Shown: positions 51,159 through 60,670, counted from the first letter of the stretch. The stretch: 64,000 nucleotides of DNA from Syntrophomonadaceae bacterium (GCA_003567725.1 PWYU01000057.1:9205-73204), one strand, 5' to 3'. Program-made: numbers and translations. The notes: generated by a model not told the origin, from the sequence alone.

Positions 51159-53117
51159 TTATTTTTCCTGGAAGGCAAGTTCAATCATATAAACGCCGGA
51201 AGAAAATTTCTTGTCCGTTATATGGCCGGTTTTTTCCAGCAGGTGCAGAACATGCTTGTTGTCAGGCAGGATCTCGGCCGTAAAGCCGGTCAGACCCTGC
51301 TTCTGGGCAATATTGGCCAGGTAAGACAGGAGCTCGGAACCAAGGCCCTGACCCTGGTAATCATCCCTGATCACCAGCGCTACCTGGGCGGTCAGGGTCC
51401 CCTCCAGGATTACATACTGGCCCACCCCGATCGCAATCTCGGCCCCTTCATGCTCAATGGTGGCCAGGATCACCATTTCACGGGTATAATCGATCACCAG
51501 GAACAGATCCTGCAGCATATCGCGGGGCATATCTTCGCGCCGCGATAAAAAGCGATTATACCTGGTTTTCTCCGATAAGCTGTAAAAGAAATCTTTCAGG
51601 ATAGGTTCATCACTGATTTTCACCGGGCGCATGAAAAATTTTAGGCCCGCTTTAGTCGTCCTCCGCGTTTCCAGTTCAGCGGGATACTTGCCTTTTTCCC
51701 CGGGCACATAAGCCTGATCTTTGTATATTAAAGCTGCTTCTTTTGCTTCCTCGATCAACCAGGGCTGGAAAGATGGATGAGCAATGGATATCAAGGCCAT
51801 GGCCCTCTCCCTGACGTTCTTGCCGTGCAGGTAAGCGATGCCGTATTCTGTGACCACGTAGTGGATATCTCCCCGGGTCAAAGTTACACCAGCTCCCTCC
51901 CGGAGGAAAGGAACAATCCTTGACAGTTCACCATCCCGGCTGGTTGAAGGCAGAGCCAGGATACTCCGGCCCCTTTTGGCCAGCACCGCTCCTCGCATAA
52001 AATCAGCCTGGCCGCCAATGCCGCTAAAAAAATACCGGCCCAGAGATTCAGCCGTGGCCTGACCGGTCAGATCTATTTCCAGGGCCGTATTTATAGCCAC
52101 TATATTCTTGTTCATGGCAATGTTGACTGGATCATTGGTATAATCGATGGTCCTGAATTCTATAGCCGGATTGTCATCGAGATAGCGGTAAGTATCTTTG
52201 CTGCCAATACAAAAAGAAGCAACGGTTTTATCGCGGTCAACGGTTTTCCTGGAGTTGTTAACCACACCTCTCTTCATCAAGTCGATAATACCGTCACCCA
52301 GCAGCTCTGAATGAATGCCAAGATCTTTTTTATGCCTGAGGTTAGAGAGGATTGCATTGGGCAACGCCCCGTAACCGACCTGGATTGTATCACCATCGTC
52401 AATAATCCTGGATACATACTCGCCTATATTTTTGACTGCTTCCAGAGACGGTTTGGAGGCCTCATTCTCAAGGAGCGGCTCATCATGAGGCACCAAAAAA
52501 TCTACCTCATCGATATGGATAAAAGTATCTCCGTGAATTCGGGGCATTTCCTTATTTACCTGGGCAATAATTATAGAAGCATTTTCAACCGCAGTTTTAG
52601 TAATATCAATACTGATACCCAGGCTCATGAAACCGTGTAAATCCGGTGGTGAAACCTGAACTAAGGCTATATCGACCGGAACCAGCTTTCGTTTGAAAAG
52701 ATCTGGAATATCAGAAGCAAAAATGGGCGTATAATCGGCAAGGCCCCTGTTTACCGCTTCCCTTGCGTTTTCTGCAATGAAAAATGTGTTATGGCGAAAA
52801 TTTTTCCTGAATTTTCGATCTGTATAAGGCGCCACTCCGAGAGTCCAGACATGAAGAATTTCAGCATCAAAAAAAGCCTTGGGGTTTGATTCCACGAATT
52901 TAATCATAGCCTGAACCAGGTACTGCGGTTCTCCGCAGGCCGTGCCGATAAAAATCCGGTCACCGGCATGGATATTGCTGAAAATTTCATCCTCAGGCAC
53001 AAATTTTTCCGGATATTTTTCTTTTAATTTTTCAAGAGAAGCTTTTCTTACTCCACTTTCTGTCTTATCGCCCTTGTTTTCCTCTGCTTTGCGGTACTTC
53101 CCATCCCCGGCTCTCAT
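51159..53117 (-). CDS. acetyl-CoA hydrolase/CoA-transferase fused to a C-terminal GNAT domain
   Basis: ACGEPQ, QVGYGALP, LGIHSE, SGIGGQADF and YVVTEYG, then the GNAT motif RDDYQGQGLGS. Confidence 0.9.
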   Translation of the reverse strand: MRAGDGKYRKAEENKGDKTESGVRKASLEKLKEKYPEKFVPEDEIFSNIHAGDRIFIGTACGEPQYLVQAMIKFVESNPKAFFDAEILHVWTLGVAPYTDRKFRKNFRHNTFFIAENAREAVNRGLADYTPIFASDIPDLFKRKLVPVDIALVQVSPPDLHGFMSLGISIDITKTAVENASIIIAQVNKEMPRIHGDTFIHIDEVDFLVPHDEPLLENEASKPSLEAVKNIGEYVSRIIDDGDTIQVGYGALPNAILSNLRHKKDLGIHSELLGDGIIDLMKRGVVNNSRKTVDRDKTVASFCIGSKDTYRYLDDNPAIEFRTIDYTNDPVNIAMNKNIVAINTALEIDLTGQATAESLGRYFFSGIGGQADFMRGAVLAKRGRSILALPSTSRDGELSRIVPFLREGAGVTLTRGDIHYVVTEYGIAYLHGKNVRERAMALISIAHPSFQPWLIEEAKEAALIYKDQAYVPGEKGKYPAELETRRTTKAGLKFFMRPVKISDEPILKDFFYSLSEKTRYNRFLSRREDMPRDMLQDLFLVIDYTREMVILATIEHEGAEIAIGVGQYVILEGTLTAQVALVIRDDYQGQGLGSELLSYLANIAQKQGLTGFTAEILPDNKHVLHLLEKTGHITDKKFSSGVYMIELAFQEK

Positions 53118-53247
53118 ATAGTTTACCTCCTCATATCGCTCCAGGGTTTAGCATAGCGCCTGATAATATGAAAATACGCTCAATTTCTTGACCTATTACC
53201 ATTCGCTGCTACTGTTATTTTAACATAACATTAGATCCTTGAAACAA

Positions 53248-53615
53248 GTGACATCCTCACGGGGTCAGTAGAACCCATGCATCCTGGTAGTTCAGGACAA
53301 CAGAACGGTATTCGGTCCTTTAATTCGCGCCAGACACGGGATTAAAACTACATCTGGCGATACTGAGCATGTTGCTCAGATCCTGCCACAGGGTATAATT
53401 ATCGTTCTTTAAGAAATTTAAAAAAGAATTGATATTACAATCTGTCTTGAAACCACACTTTGGACAATCACATACTCTCATTTTTGGGGTATTTGATTGA
53501 CCAGACGATATGATACCAAATATTATCAAACCTTGAGCCATAACATACAGCCTTTATTCCGGCTTTTATCTCGAAGTCGATAGACCCCAAAAATTCCCGC
53601 CGGAGATTCTAAAAT
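53248..53615 (-). mobile_element. non-autonomous, internally deleted IS200/IS605 element
   Basis: On the minus strand, a TnpA-like fragment NIWYHIVWSIKY is joined to a TnpB-like Zn-ribbon tail RVCDCPKCGFKTDCNINSFLNFL, followed by a structured right end ending GAGGATGTCAC; left boundary approximate. Confidence 0.72.
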
Positions 53616-54040
53616 AAAGATATTTGCTCAAAACCGCAAGGCCCTGTTTTGTAGCAAAAAGAAAGCTGCCTTTCGGGTAGAAATTGCAGTTACTCGGCTT
53701 CAGATCTTCGCCCGGGCTTCCTTCATGATAAGTTCATTATTTGTTCTCGCCCGGTGGCTGGTTTCGGGCCGACTACTCCGCTTAGGCTTTGCCTCGCCGG
53801 CAAATTTAAACCTTCACTTAATGCTTGGCCTTTGTTTTAATCAAAATGATTACTGGTTTAGGCCTTTAAAGCTAAAATTCTGCGCAAATTTGGCAAGATA
53901 TTTTTAGCGATCCCTGAAACGCTGGTGTACATTCTTATTATAAGGGATCTTTTTAAAAACAAATTTTTATGGAACTGGCCCGTCCAGGTTAGGTTTTGAG
54001 TTAAGTTCTGGTTTTGGGGTTGAAATAAATCTGTATAATA

Positions 54041-54062
54041 TAGTAATAATAATTCTTAATAA
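54041..54062. promoter_or_regulatory. putative PerR/Fur-family box
   Basis: TAATAATAATTCTTAATAA upstream of the peroxiredoxin gene. Confidence 0.45.
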
Positions 54063-54115
54063 TAGCAGGAGTTATTATTAATGTAGAGAATAATATATAA
54101 AAAGGAGGTTTTAAT

Positions 54116-54712
54116 ATGACGGTAAAAGTAGGTCAGGCAGCCCCTGATTTTGAAGCTAATGCCTATGTAGATGGCGGTTTTAAACAAATTAAGCTTTCCG
54201 ATTATAAAGACAAATGGGTGGTGCTGTGTTTTTATCCTGGCGATTTTACCTTTGTCTGACCAACTGAGTTGGCGTCAGTTGCCGCCAGGTATAAAGAACT
54301 GCAGGATCTGGGCGTTGAAGTGCTTTCATGCAGCGTAGACAGCCAGTTTACTCACAAGGTTTGGCAGGAAGTAGAATTATCCAAGATGGTTGATGGTGGC
54401 GTGCCATTTCCCATGCTTTCTGATACAGGAGGTAAAATAGGCACTTTGTATGGTGTATACGATGAAGAAGCTGGCGTAAATGTAAGAGGCCGCTTCCTAA
54501 TTGACCCGGATGGCAAAATCCAGGCTATGGAAATCCTTACACCCCCAGTCGGCCGGAATTTTTCCGAATTAATTCGGCAGGTACAGGCCTTCCAGCATGT
54601 GCGTGCAACTGGAGAACCGACTCCAGCCGGCTGGCAGCCGGGCAAGAAGACCCTGAAACCCGGCCCGGAACTGGTAGGTAAAGTTTGGGAAACCTGGAAG
54701 ATTGGTGATTAA
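54116..54712 (+). CDS. prxU: selenocysteine peroxiredoxin (AhpC-like, U48)
   Basis: ATG 54116 after AAGGAGG; [13 protein letters not shown] with TGA at 54257-54259 in the peroxidatic position; the C-terminal GEPTPAGW lacks the resolving Cys. Confidence 0.93.
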
Positions 54713-54732
54713 TAGCAGAGGAGAGAAGAGAA

Positions 54733-55080
54733 ATGTTTAAATTTTACTGTTTTCCGACTTGAAATACTTGCCGTAAAGCGAAAGCGTGGCTTTCAGATAA
54801 TAATGTGGATTTTGAATATCGGGATATATTAGAACTGCCCCTGATAAAAGAAGAGCTAGACGAGTTGGCTAAACTTGGCTCAACAAGCATTAAAGATCTA
54901 CTAAATCCCGGCAGTAAAGGATTTAAAGAGCTGAAACTGGATCTGGATATGATCAATGATCAAGAAGCGGCGGAATTAATTAAAAAGAATCCCAAAATAA
55001 TGAAAAGGCCGTTACTAACTGACGGGAAAAAACTGGCTCTCGGCTTTAAAATAGAAGAATATGAAGCCCTGATCCGGTGA
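54733..55080 (+). CDS. ArsC/Spx-family thioredoxin-fold selenoprotein (U10, UxxC)
   Basis: MFKFYCFPT-U-NTCRKAKAWL with TGA at 54760-54762, in frame with ORF 54805; KRPLL motif; hairpin GAAAGC-GTG-GCTTTC ~17 nt after the TGA. Confidence 0.88.
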
Positions 55081-55206
55081 TTATTGAATCCAGGAGCTGC
55101 CAGGCTTGTAAATAAGTTATCATGGACTGGTAATGCTGGAAATCAATGCTGAATAAAAAATTTATAACTAACACTCCAGCGAAACTTATGTCGTGAACCA
55201 GATCCC

Positions 55207-55284
55207 GCTAAGCCACGGGGATAGTTCCATCGTCTTCCCTTCGGCCTGCGCTGCGCTTCGGGACGCTCGAACCGCCCTCATGGC
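55207..55284. repeat. degenerate copy of the internal part of the 37882-38040 element
   Basis: GCTAAGCCACGGGGATAGTTCCATCGTCTTCCCTTCGGCCT...GGGACGCTCGAACCGCCCTCATGGC aligns with 37917-37999. Confidence 0.75.
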
Positions 55285-55364
55285 AGCGCTTAACTTTAAT
55301 CTTTCGCTGTAGTACTAAGCTATTTTGTCGTTTATTAGATAGATAAATCGCAGTAAATGTTTTT

Positions 55365-55396
55365 AAGGCCGGATGTTTGATCATATCCGGCCTTTT
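55365..55396 (+). terminator. intrinsic terminator-like hairpin
   Basis: AAGGCCGGAT...ATCCGGCCTTTTT. Confidence 0.6.
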
Positions 55397-55478
55397 TGAC
55401 ATAATATAGCTAAGAATCGCCCGGCGCTATTTATTTTAAGCCGGAGCAGACCTTAATTCTCAGGGGGGGGTTGCAATC

Positions 55479-56015
55479 GTGAAAAAATATTTTTCCGGAG
55501 TCACCATTGAGTGTGCAAGTGGCGATATTGCAGGACAACAAGATATGACAGCGGTGGTTAATGCCGCCAATGCCCGGCTGAAAACTGGTGGGGGGGTGGC
55601 AGGTGCACTGCATCAAGCGGCTGGCCCGGGACTTGAAGAGGAGTGCCGGCCACTGGCGCCTATCAAACCCGGAGAAGCGGTGATAACAGGGGGGCATAAT
55701 TTGCCTAATCGCTATGTTATTCACTGCCTGGGGCCGGTTTATGGACAAGACAAGCCTGAAGAGAAATACCTGGTGGACTGTTATCGTAATGCCCTTAATT
55801 TAGCCGAAGAAAAAAAGATTGATTCAATAGCTTTCCCTTCTATTTCGACAGGTGCCTTTGGTTATCCAATGGAAGATGCGGCTTTAATTGCTTTCAGGAC
55901 TATTAAAGATGTAATATCCAAGCTGCAGGAACTAAAGCATATCCGTTTTGTCCTGCGGGGCGGCCAGGCAATTGAAATTCATCAGCAGTGCATGGATAAA
56001 GTTTTTGGCCAGTAG
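55479..56015 (+). CDS. macro domain protein (O-acetyl-ADP-ribose deacetylase, YmdB-like)
   Basis: GDI, VVNAAN, GGGVAGALH and AFPSISTGAFGYP. Confidence 0.93.
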   Translation: MKKYFSGVTIECASGDIAGQQDMTAVVNAANARLKTGGGVAGALHQAAGPGLEEECRPLAPIKPGEAVITGGHNLPNRYVIHCLGPVYGQDKPEEKYLVDCYRNALNLAEEKKIDSIAFPSISTGAFGYPMEDAALIAFRTIKDVISKLQELKHIRFVLRGGQAIEIHQQCMDKVFGQ

Positions 56016-56148
56016 GTTGTTTGAAATGTTATTATGAGATTAAAAACAGGGGAGCTTACCGGTCCGCTAGAGAGTTAATCTGGGTTTTACCGTCTGGCGG
56101 ATCCGGTTTTCTTCCCCCTTCTTTGCAGGAAGCAGGGGTTATTATTCA

Positions 56149-56976
56149 ATGCATTTAATCGAAGCTCTAATTTTTGGAATCGTTCAAGGTATTTCAGAGT
56201 TTTTGCCCATATCAAGCACGGCCCACATAATAATTGCGGAACTCTTGCTCGGGTATAATTTCCCCGGGCTCGCCTTTGAAATTTACCTCCATATTGCTTC
56301 TGTTTTTGCAGTAATGCTTTATTTCCGCAATGAATTATGGGCGGTAATTACCGGATTTTTAAGTTATTTCCGTGTAAAAAGCGCAGAAAACAGGGTCCAT
56401 TTTTTATTTGGTATTTATATCATAATAGCTACAGCTATCACAGGGGTGCTGGGGATAATCCTGAAAAGCCTGGTTGTAGATATCATGAAAACTCCCGGCT
56501 TTATTGCGGCGGCCCTACTCGTCACCGGGACGGCGTTGATATTTATCGAACGTTTTAAGGAATACGGTGACCGCAAGGAGGAAAATATGACCTACCTGGA
56601 TGCAGTGCTGGTCGGTTTGGCTCAAACCGTTGCGGTTTTGCCCGGTATTTCTAGATCTGGTTCTACGGTTATTGTTGCCCTGTGGGCAGGCCTGGAAAGG
56701 GAAACAGCGGTTCGCTATTCTTTCCTCCTGGTCATACCGGCCATTCTTGGTTCAACTGTGCTGGCCATTGGAGAAGTATCCCTGGAGATCTGGGTTGCCG
56801 TGGGGACCGTTCCCCTGGTTGTTTCTTTTCTGGCCTCATTTATGTTTTCCTGGATTGGCATCGTCTGGCTAATTGATTTCTTAAAAAAAGGCCGGCTATT
56901 CTATTTTGCCGTTTATTGCTTTATAATTGCCTTCCTGGTCTACTTTTTTGTCCAGGAAATTCCCCCGACGCTTTAA
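56149..56976 (+). CDS. uppP: undecaprenyl-diphosphate phosphatase
   Basis: GIVQGISEFLPISSTAH and PGISRSGST. Confidence 0.95.
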   Translation: MHLIEALIFGIVQGISEFLPISSTAHIIIAELLLGYNFPGLAFEIYLHIASVFAVMLYFRNELWAVITGFLSYFRVKSAENRVHFLFGIYIIIATAITGVLGIILKSLVVDIMKTPGFIAAALLVTGTALIFIERFKEYGDRKEENMTYLDAVLVGLAQTVAVLPGISRSGSTVIVALWAGLERETAVRYSFLLVIPAILGSTVLAIGEVSLEIWVAVGTVPLVVSFLASFMFSWIGIVWLIDFLKKGRLFYFAVYCFIIAFLVYFFVQEIPPTL

Positions 56977-57029
56977 ACAGTAGTTTAATTATTAATAGTA
57001 TCATTAACAGGCAAGGAGGGTGATCAGGT

Positions 57030-57314
57030 TTGGATGATATTTCTAAAGGGCTTGAAAAAGCGATCAAGGTTATAAAAATTAAAGTTTCTTCTTCAGAGCA
57101 GGAACAACTGCAAAGGGAATTGAAAGAGTTCCTGACCTGGCTTGAGCCGATGCTTTTAGTTGATACCGGTCAAACCGAACAGCAATTCTTCGGCCATGAT
57201 GCGGTCAATGTGCTTAGGGATGATCATCCCAGGCAAAGCGAATTGGCTGAGCTGCAGGAAGCCGCTCCAAAGTTTGCAGGTGGCTTTTACCTGGTTCCGA
57301 AAATCTTAGAGTAA
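57030..57314 (+). CDS. gatC: Asp/Glu-tRNA amidotransferase subunit C (divergent)
   Basis: NVLRDD and AP...GFYLVPKI; upstream of gatA. Confidence 0.85.
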   Translation: MDDISKGLEKAIKVIKIKVSSSEQEQLQRELKEFLTWLEPMLLVDTGQTEQQFFGHDAVNVLRDDHPRQSELAELQEAAPKFAGGFYLVPKILE

Positions 57315-57344
57315 TATATCAGGGTGTAGAAAGGGAGATTTGAA

Positions 57345-58769
57345 TTGGAACTACGAAAAACAAGCATTCACCAGGCGGTTGAAGCGGTTCAGCAAGGTGA
57401 AATAACCGCTTTTGAGTTGATTGAAAAAACCCTTAAGAATTGTTCCGTGCTCGATGAGGGTTTAAATATATTTAACAGTATAGCCGGGATCGATGCCCTC
57501 GAACAGGCTAAGGCGATTGATCAGAAAAATGAAAAGGGCGGAAACCTGCCCCTGGCCGGAATACCGGTTGCAGTTAAAGATGATCTTTGCTATGGAGTAT
57601 TGCCAACCAGCCTTGGCTCTGCTGCTTTTAACGAATTTATGTCTCCTGTTACAGCAGCGGCGGTGGAAAGGCTAATGGATGCCGGGGCCGTGGTGATTGG
57701 CAAAACTAATCTTGATGATATGGGCCAGGGTTCCACTACTTTATCATCACCAGGAGGCCCGACGGTTAACCCCTGGCAGGCTGAAAGGACGGCAGGCAGC
57801 GCCGGTGCGGCTGCGGTCGCTACCGGAATCTGTATGTTTGCCTTAGAAAGCGATAGTGGAGGAGCTCAGCGCCAGGGAGCTTCACACTGTGGCGTGGTGG
57901 GTTTGCGCCCTACAACAGGAAGGGTTTCCCGTTACGGCCTTAATACCCATTGCAGCTCCTTTGCCAGGGTGGGAATCACTGCTTTTTCCTGTGAAAATAT
58001 CGCTGGTGTTTTGGATATTTTATCCGGCTTTGATGAACGCGATGCCGCCACGGCTGTTTGCCGGGAGGGCATAACGGAAATAAGCAAAATCCCGAATTCT
58101 GATAAACTGACCATCGGTTATCCTGTAAATGCGTTTGATTTTTTGGAGCCGGAATTGAGAGAGGTTTTTGAAAAGGCCCGGGATGAATTTGCAGAGCGAG
58201 GCTATAAAATAGCAGAGATAGATTTAGGCCTGCTACGTGAAGGTTTACAGGCCTATTATGTTATCGCCCTAATAGAAGCTTCTTCCAACCATGCTCGTTT
58301 TGACGGCATTAGGTTTGGCAAAACCGGAGAATCAGAAATTCTAGAAGAAATGTATCAGCATTCCAGAGCTGAAATATTGGGAAAAGAAGCACGCCGGCGC
58401 AGTATTTTTGGTACATATTTACTCAGTAAAGGAAATTATGATCAATACTACCGCCAGGCTTTAAAAGTCTGGAAAATGGTCCGGCAGGAATTTAAAAAAG
58501 CTTTTGATCAATGTGATCTGCTAATGCTGCCTGCCGCTAAAAAACTGCCCCGCCTTTTAAACGAAGAATATAGTTTCTTGGACGAATACTTTGAGGATCT
58601 TTTTTGTGCCCCGGTAAGCCTGTCCGGGATGCCGGCCTTAACTGTACCTGCCGGGCAAGTCAATCAACTTCCCGTCGGTATGCAGCTGGTTGGCCCTCCC
58701 TTCAGCGAAAAAACACTGCTCGCTCTCGGCTCCTGGGACACGGGGACAGGTCCCTTGTCCCAGGAATAG
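57345..58769 (+). CDS. gatA: amidotransferase subunit A, catalytically degenerate
   Basis: VAVKD, GKTNLDD, GRVSRYGL, SSNHARFDGIRFG, RRSIFGTYLLS and LPVGMQL are present, but GGSSGGS and GSDTGGSIR are altered. Confidence 0.88.
   Translation: MELRKTSIHQAVEAVQQGEITAFELIEKTLKNCSVLDEGLNIFNSIAGIDALEQAKAIDQKNEKGGNLPLAGIPVAVKDDLCYGVLPTSLGSAAFNEFMSPVTAAAVERLMDAGAVVIGKTNLDDMGQGSTTLSSPGGPTVNPWQAERTAGSAGAAAVATGICMFALESDSGGAQRQGASHCGVVGLRPTTGRVSRYGLNTHCSSFARVGITAFSCENIAGVLDILSGFDERDAATAVCREGITEISKIPNSDKLTIGYPVNAFDFLEPELREVFEKARDEFAERGYKIAEIDLGLLREGLQAYYVIALIEASSNHARFDGIRFGKTGESEILEEMYQHSRAEILGKEARRRSIFGTYLLSKGNYDQYYRQALKVWKMVRQEFKKAFDQCDLLMLPAAKKLPRLLNEEYSFLDEYFEDLFCAPVSLSGMPALTVPAGQVNQLPVGMQLVGPPFSEKTLLALGSWDTGTGPLSQE
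58731..58765. repeat. REP-like palindrome, copy 1 (inside the gatA 3' end)
   Basis: TCCTGGGACACGGGGACAGGTCCCTTGTCCCAGGA, the reverse complement of copies 2 and 3. Confidence 0.85.
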
Positions 58770-59037
58770 GTAAAATATGGATATGGGCGATGTTTTAATA
58801 AAGTAGTGATAATTATATTTAAACTGCTGAATCAGGAATGAAGATTGAAATAATGGGGCGTAGAACAAGCATTAATATATTTGTTGATTATACTTCTTTA
58901 ATCTTTAAAGTTATTAAACTTTGGACTGAAGCTTTATTAAGCTTTTGCCACTCTGTCTTTTAAATATCTGAAAAAGCAAGGAAACTAATGAGTGGTTTAA
59001 CGAACAGTAATGAATGAGATTAACAGGGCTATTGAAT

Positions 59038-59136
59038 CTGGGACAAGGGACCTGTCCCCGTGTCCCAAGAGTTTTAGCAATGAAAAGGGTAGTGGGACAT
59101 GAAAGCTGGGACAAGGGACCTGTCCCCGTGTCCCAG
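59038..59136. repeat. REP-like palindrome, copies 2 and 3
   Basis: CTGGGACAAGGGACCTGTCCCCGTGTCCCA at 59038-59067 and 59106-59135. Confidence 0.88.
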
Positions 59137-59163
59137 GTATCTAAGGATGAAAGGAAGGTAATT

Positions 59164-60609
59164 ATGAAGTATGAAGTTGTAATCGGCTTAGAGGTTCACG
59201 TGGAACTTCTCACTAAGTGTAAATTGTTTTGTTCGTGCCCTAATCGTTTTGTGTCGGAGCCGAATCTTAATACCTGTCCGGTATGCCTGGGTTTTCCCGG
59301 AACAATGCCTCAATTAAGCCGGGAAGCATTAAACCAGGCTTTGAAAGCTTCCCTGGCCCTTAATTGCGAGGTAGCCCTTTACAGCTATTTTGACCGTAAA
59401 AATTATTTTTACCCGGATATGCCCAAAGGTTATCAGATTTCACAGTATTATATTCCACTGGGCAGCAGAGGACATCTTGAAATTGATGATGATCAGGGCA
59501 AACTTAAAAAGATAGGTGTTGGCAGGGTTCATATGGAGGAAGATGCGGGTAAATTAATTCATGAGACTACCGGAGGAATAGCAATTGATTCTTCTATGGT
59601 TGACTATAACCGGGCCGGGGTCCCGTTGATTGAGATAGTGAGCGAGCCTGATCTGCGCTCTTCCGGTGAAGCCAAGCGTTACCTGGAAAAGCTAAAAAGT
59701 ATGATGCAATATGCCGGTGTTTCCGATTGTAAAATGGAGGAAGGCAGCCTGCGCTGTGATGCCAATGTGTCCCTGCGGATGCCGGAAGATGAGGCTTACG
59801 GGGTTAAAACTGAGTTAAAGAACATGAACTCATTCCGGGCGGTTGAGAGATCGCTGGATCATGAAATTAAAAGGCAGGCTGAGCTACTCGATCAGGGTGA
59901 AAAGGTGATTACCCAGACCTTGCGCTGGGATGAAGATAAACAACAAACCATTGTGATGAGAAGTAAGCTCGAGGCTGATGATTACCGCTGTTTTGCTGAT
60001 CCTGAGCTGGTTCCCATCGAATTGACAGCGCAGGAGGTTGAAAACGCTCGTCAAAACTTACCGGAAATGGCTGATGAACGGGCCAGGCGTTTTGTGAAAG
60101 ATTACGGTCTTCCGGGATATGATGCCGGGGTCCTTACCTCTTCCCGCTGCCTGGCTGATTATTTCGAATCTTGCCTGCAGCTTTTTAACAAGCCCAAAGA
60201 GGTTAGCAACTGGGTGATGGGTGAATTTTCAGCCCGCCTGAACAATGCCGGGTTGGAAGCGGACCAGGCTTCTTTTACCCCGGAAGATATGGCGGAGCTG
60301 CTGAAAATGATTGATAAGCAGGAGATTAGCGGCAAAATTGCCAAGGAGGTACTGGAGAAGGCTTTTCAAAGCGGCAAGAAACCACGCCGGGTGGTGGAAG
60401 AGGAGGGTCTGCTCCAGATTTCAGACCAGTCGGAACTGGAAGCAATAGTTGACCGGGTAATCAGCGAGAACCCTGATACGGTGGAAAACTATCGCGGCGG
60501 CAAGTCAAAGGCGCTCGGGCACCTGGTTGGCCAGGTTATGAAGGAAACCCGGGGCAAAGCCAACCCCCAGCTGGTTAATGAACTGCTGGTCAAAAAAATT
60601 GACGGATAG
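59164..60609 (+). CDS. gatB: Asp/Glu-tRNA amidotransferase subunit B
   Basis: MKYEVVIGLEVHVEL, RKNYFYPDMPKGYQISQ, HMEEDAGK, EEGSLRCDANVS and GQVMKETRGKANP; start moved to ATG 59164. Confidence 0.97.
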   Translation: MKYEVVIGLEVHVELLTKCKLFCSCPNRFVSEPNLNTCPVCLGFPGTMPQLSREALNQALKASLALNCEVALYSYFDRKNYFYPDMPKGYQISQYYIPLGSRGHLEIDDDQGKLKKIGVGRVHMEEDAGKLIHETTGGIAIDSSMVDYNRAGVPLIEIVSEPDLRSSGEAKRYLEKLKSMMQYAGVSDCKMEEGSLRCDANVSLRMPEDEAYGVKTELKNMNSFRAVERSLDHEIKRQAELLDQGEKVITQTLRWDEDKQQTIVMRSKLEADDYRCFADPELVPIELTAQEVENARQNLPEMADERARRFVKDYGLPGYDAGVLTSSRCLADYFESCLQLFNKPKEVSNWVMGEFSARLNNAGLEADQASFTPEDMAELLKMIDKQEISGKIAKEVLEKAFQSGKKPRRVVEEEGLLQISDQSELEAIVDRVISENPDTVENYRGGKSKALGHLVGQVMKETRGKANPQLVNELLVKKIDG

Positions 60610-60670
60610 CAGTCCTTAAAGCTATAAAGCCCCATTGTTTTACCTTACAGGGTAAATTCTTGTACATGAA

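Noticed and set aside
53640-53930. Possible second degenerate IS605-type end upstream of the relic
   Set aside because: Similarity too weak to support by eye
58731-59136. CRISPR array from the 30-bp repeats
   Set aside because: Only two direct copies plus one inverted copy, strongly palindromic, with no cas genes
59014-59163. 50-aa N-terminal extension of GatB
   Set aside because: Translation of REP repeats; the RBS and homology start at 59164
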